Source: Folioceros fuciformis
Taxonomy: Eukaryota
Assembly: GCA_049999805.1 (NCBI GenBank)
Contig: JBNGIO010006282.1
Coordinates: 126,921 to 190,920, forward strand
Reading direction: 5' to 3'
DNA: 64,000 nucleotides
Below the pieces are notes generated by a model. The model was not told where the DNA came from. It was given only the letters and a program-made list of their open reading frames with translations, and did no database searches. The position numbers and the translations under genes are program-made. Shown here one piece after another: positions 62,201 through 64,000 of this stretch (positions are counted from its first letter, which is position 1; each line of letters opens with the position of its first letter).

Positions 62201-64000
62201 AAGTTATAGTCTTTCACATTGGCACTTCCTATCATGTATCGCATTTCTGGTTCTGTGCCTTCACGATCATCCTTGACACTAAACCTTTCAAGGGTAGCCA
62301 TGATATTCGCTTCATTTGTGCTATTCGCCTTGTAAGCAGCCCATACTCCACTCACCTGACATACGATCAAATGCGACTTTTAGGATACAATCTCAACGTT
62401 AATTATTAGTAGTGCAAACACATCAAGCCGAAATTCCTCAGATCGATTGACCATCAATAAAAAGGACATGTTAGCCCACAATCAATATATCGAAGCTACG
62501 CAATGCCCCAAATCAACCAATTCCAGTGTCAAAAACAAGAAAAATATCTGACAATGCTTTGGCCATCAATAAGGCAAAACCTATGACCTATCAGCATACC
62601 AAAGCAAAGCAGATTCCGCAAAAGCCTAGTCAGAGAGATTCCGCATCTGAATCAGGATACTATGAAGTTGCGAAAATTCGGTGTAGAAATAGCCGCACCA
62701 ACCTGGAGGGAAGCAAGGGCAGCGTCTCTAGTTCCTCCACTGTACAAACCCAGGTCCACTAGTTGTATGCCTACTGCTACCTTAACTGTAGTCCATACAA
62801 ACCCTTCACCACCATCATTTTGAGGCAAGGGCTGGGATTGCTCATCTGGTGCTATCCCATTCTCTGTGGCCGTATTTTTCTCTTCGTCCTCAGACTTATG
62901 TTCCACGACAGGAGGAGGGAGGTTTGGAGTTTCACCAAAGTTGGTCACAGCACACTCTGTAATAACCTGATACTCCCTATCTGACAGGGCAGCTTTGAGT
63001 AGGTCTAGCTGCAAAAGATCCATCCACATATCAAAGGTATGCAACAACATGTTAAGTTCAAACATTGTATTCTACTGTTCTACAAACTATTCACTCCATG
63101 TGTTCTGACCTTTATGGTCATTTCAATGCCAGGAATCTGGTGCCAAAGATCCCGAAGCGGACGCCTCAGAAGTAAGGACAATCCTTTCGCTTCCTGGATT
63201 ATGCCTTCACCAGTCGTCCCACCAACTCCAACAACTAAATGTAAATCCTCCACCTGAAGCACGAATGTCAAGTTCATCCCCAGTACGTAGACGTCATTTT
63301 TCCTTCAAAAGCGATGAAATGTCTAAACCTAAGGTTCCAAACAATTGAACTAACGAACCTGCAGTGACATTGTATCCAGCCGGACAGCTCCCAGGTCATC
63401 TTTGTTCCCACCCAACCAGTCGAAGTTGTTTTTCACATTGATGTGCAAAATATCCAACTCCAAAAAGCTGTGAGCACATTAGCTGTGTAAGCCCCAGATC
63501 ATGACCATAGGCGAACAATCTCGCTTCACCTATTTGCCCACAAAAGAAGAAGTGAAGTAGCTAACATACTCGTGACTGTGCGTTGCCCTAGGCATAATAA
63601 TGATGGGTTTGCTGAGGCTAATATCCAGCTTCAGCGCAGGAGACCCCTCAATTTCAGATTGAGTAAACAATTTTTCCACGTTGGTCACTTTATCTTTGAG
63701 CCTCACAACATATCCAGCATTTTGTGGAACAAGGCCCATGAAATAGGCAGAAAGCTGCAATATCCCAACAAGTCCAGCTTCAACTTTCGATTTATCACAA
63801 ATGTGTAACATAGAAACCTACACCTTGCAGACTTATAGTACAGCAAGCCTTAGAACCATAAGGAGCAGTCTGGCAATACGCAAAGTGAAGACCGACAGGC
63901 AATGTGACCAACCTCTTGAATAAACCGATTTAGATACACAAAACGCACTTCTGACAGCTTCCCCACGAGGCTATATTCATACCCTTGGTAATCATCGTCA
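50262..64000 (-). CDS. VPS13: VPS13M-type bulk lipid-transfer protein, 3' part (gene continues beyond the window end); many exons
   Basis: LSKPIIIMPR and LKAALSDREYQVITEC (RBG repeats); Vps62/DUF946-like repeats (FWRPRAPPGFAVLGD, WRPIAPIG, FWYPVAPPGYVSLG); dysferlin-type EEVFENERYQPISGWG/VRRRRWVR; VAB (PYRIENRT, FAWENP); QLDNQLP; ATG2_C-like helices; a final DUF946-like exon ending at 50262. Confidence 0.93.

Overview
This is eukaryotic, gene-dense plant nuclear DNA with short (~80-200 nt) GT-AG introns. A kinesin-II KAP3 subunit (cilia) and long intronless PLS-class PPR genes, one with a WW-type PG box, point to a land plant with flagellated sperm, most plausibly a hornwort (inference). Gene order: a degenerate TORNADO1-like LRR-ROC pseudogene with a duplicated 5' block, VPS3/TGFBRAP1 (crossed by a probably spurious 100-N gap), NOG1-like GTPase, TIM8, DUF1118/RIQ, KAP3, PAM68, a PLPBP/YggS homologue lacking its PLP-binding lysine, an unknown spliced gene, MOB1, a DUF3754 gene, a Gnk2/DUF26 gene in an AT-rich island, two AWPM-19 paralogues, a LOG-family gene, two PLS-E PPR genes, an AT-rich repeat tract, SAMDC with its tiny/small uORF pair (missing from the ORF track), and the 3' 13.7 kb of a VPS13M-type gene. 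I found no wholly new multi-gene system. The best leads are the Lys->Gln PLPBP paralogue, the SAMDC uORF cassette, and the tandemly amplified WW-type PPR with an in-frame stop. Family assignments come from recognised motifs, not database searches, and exon boundaries were read by eye.
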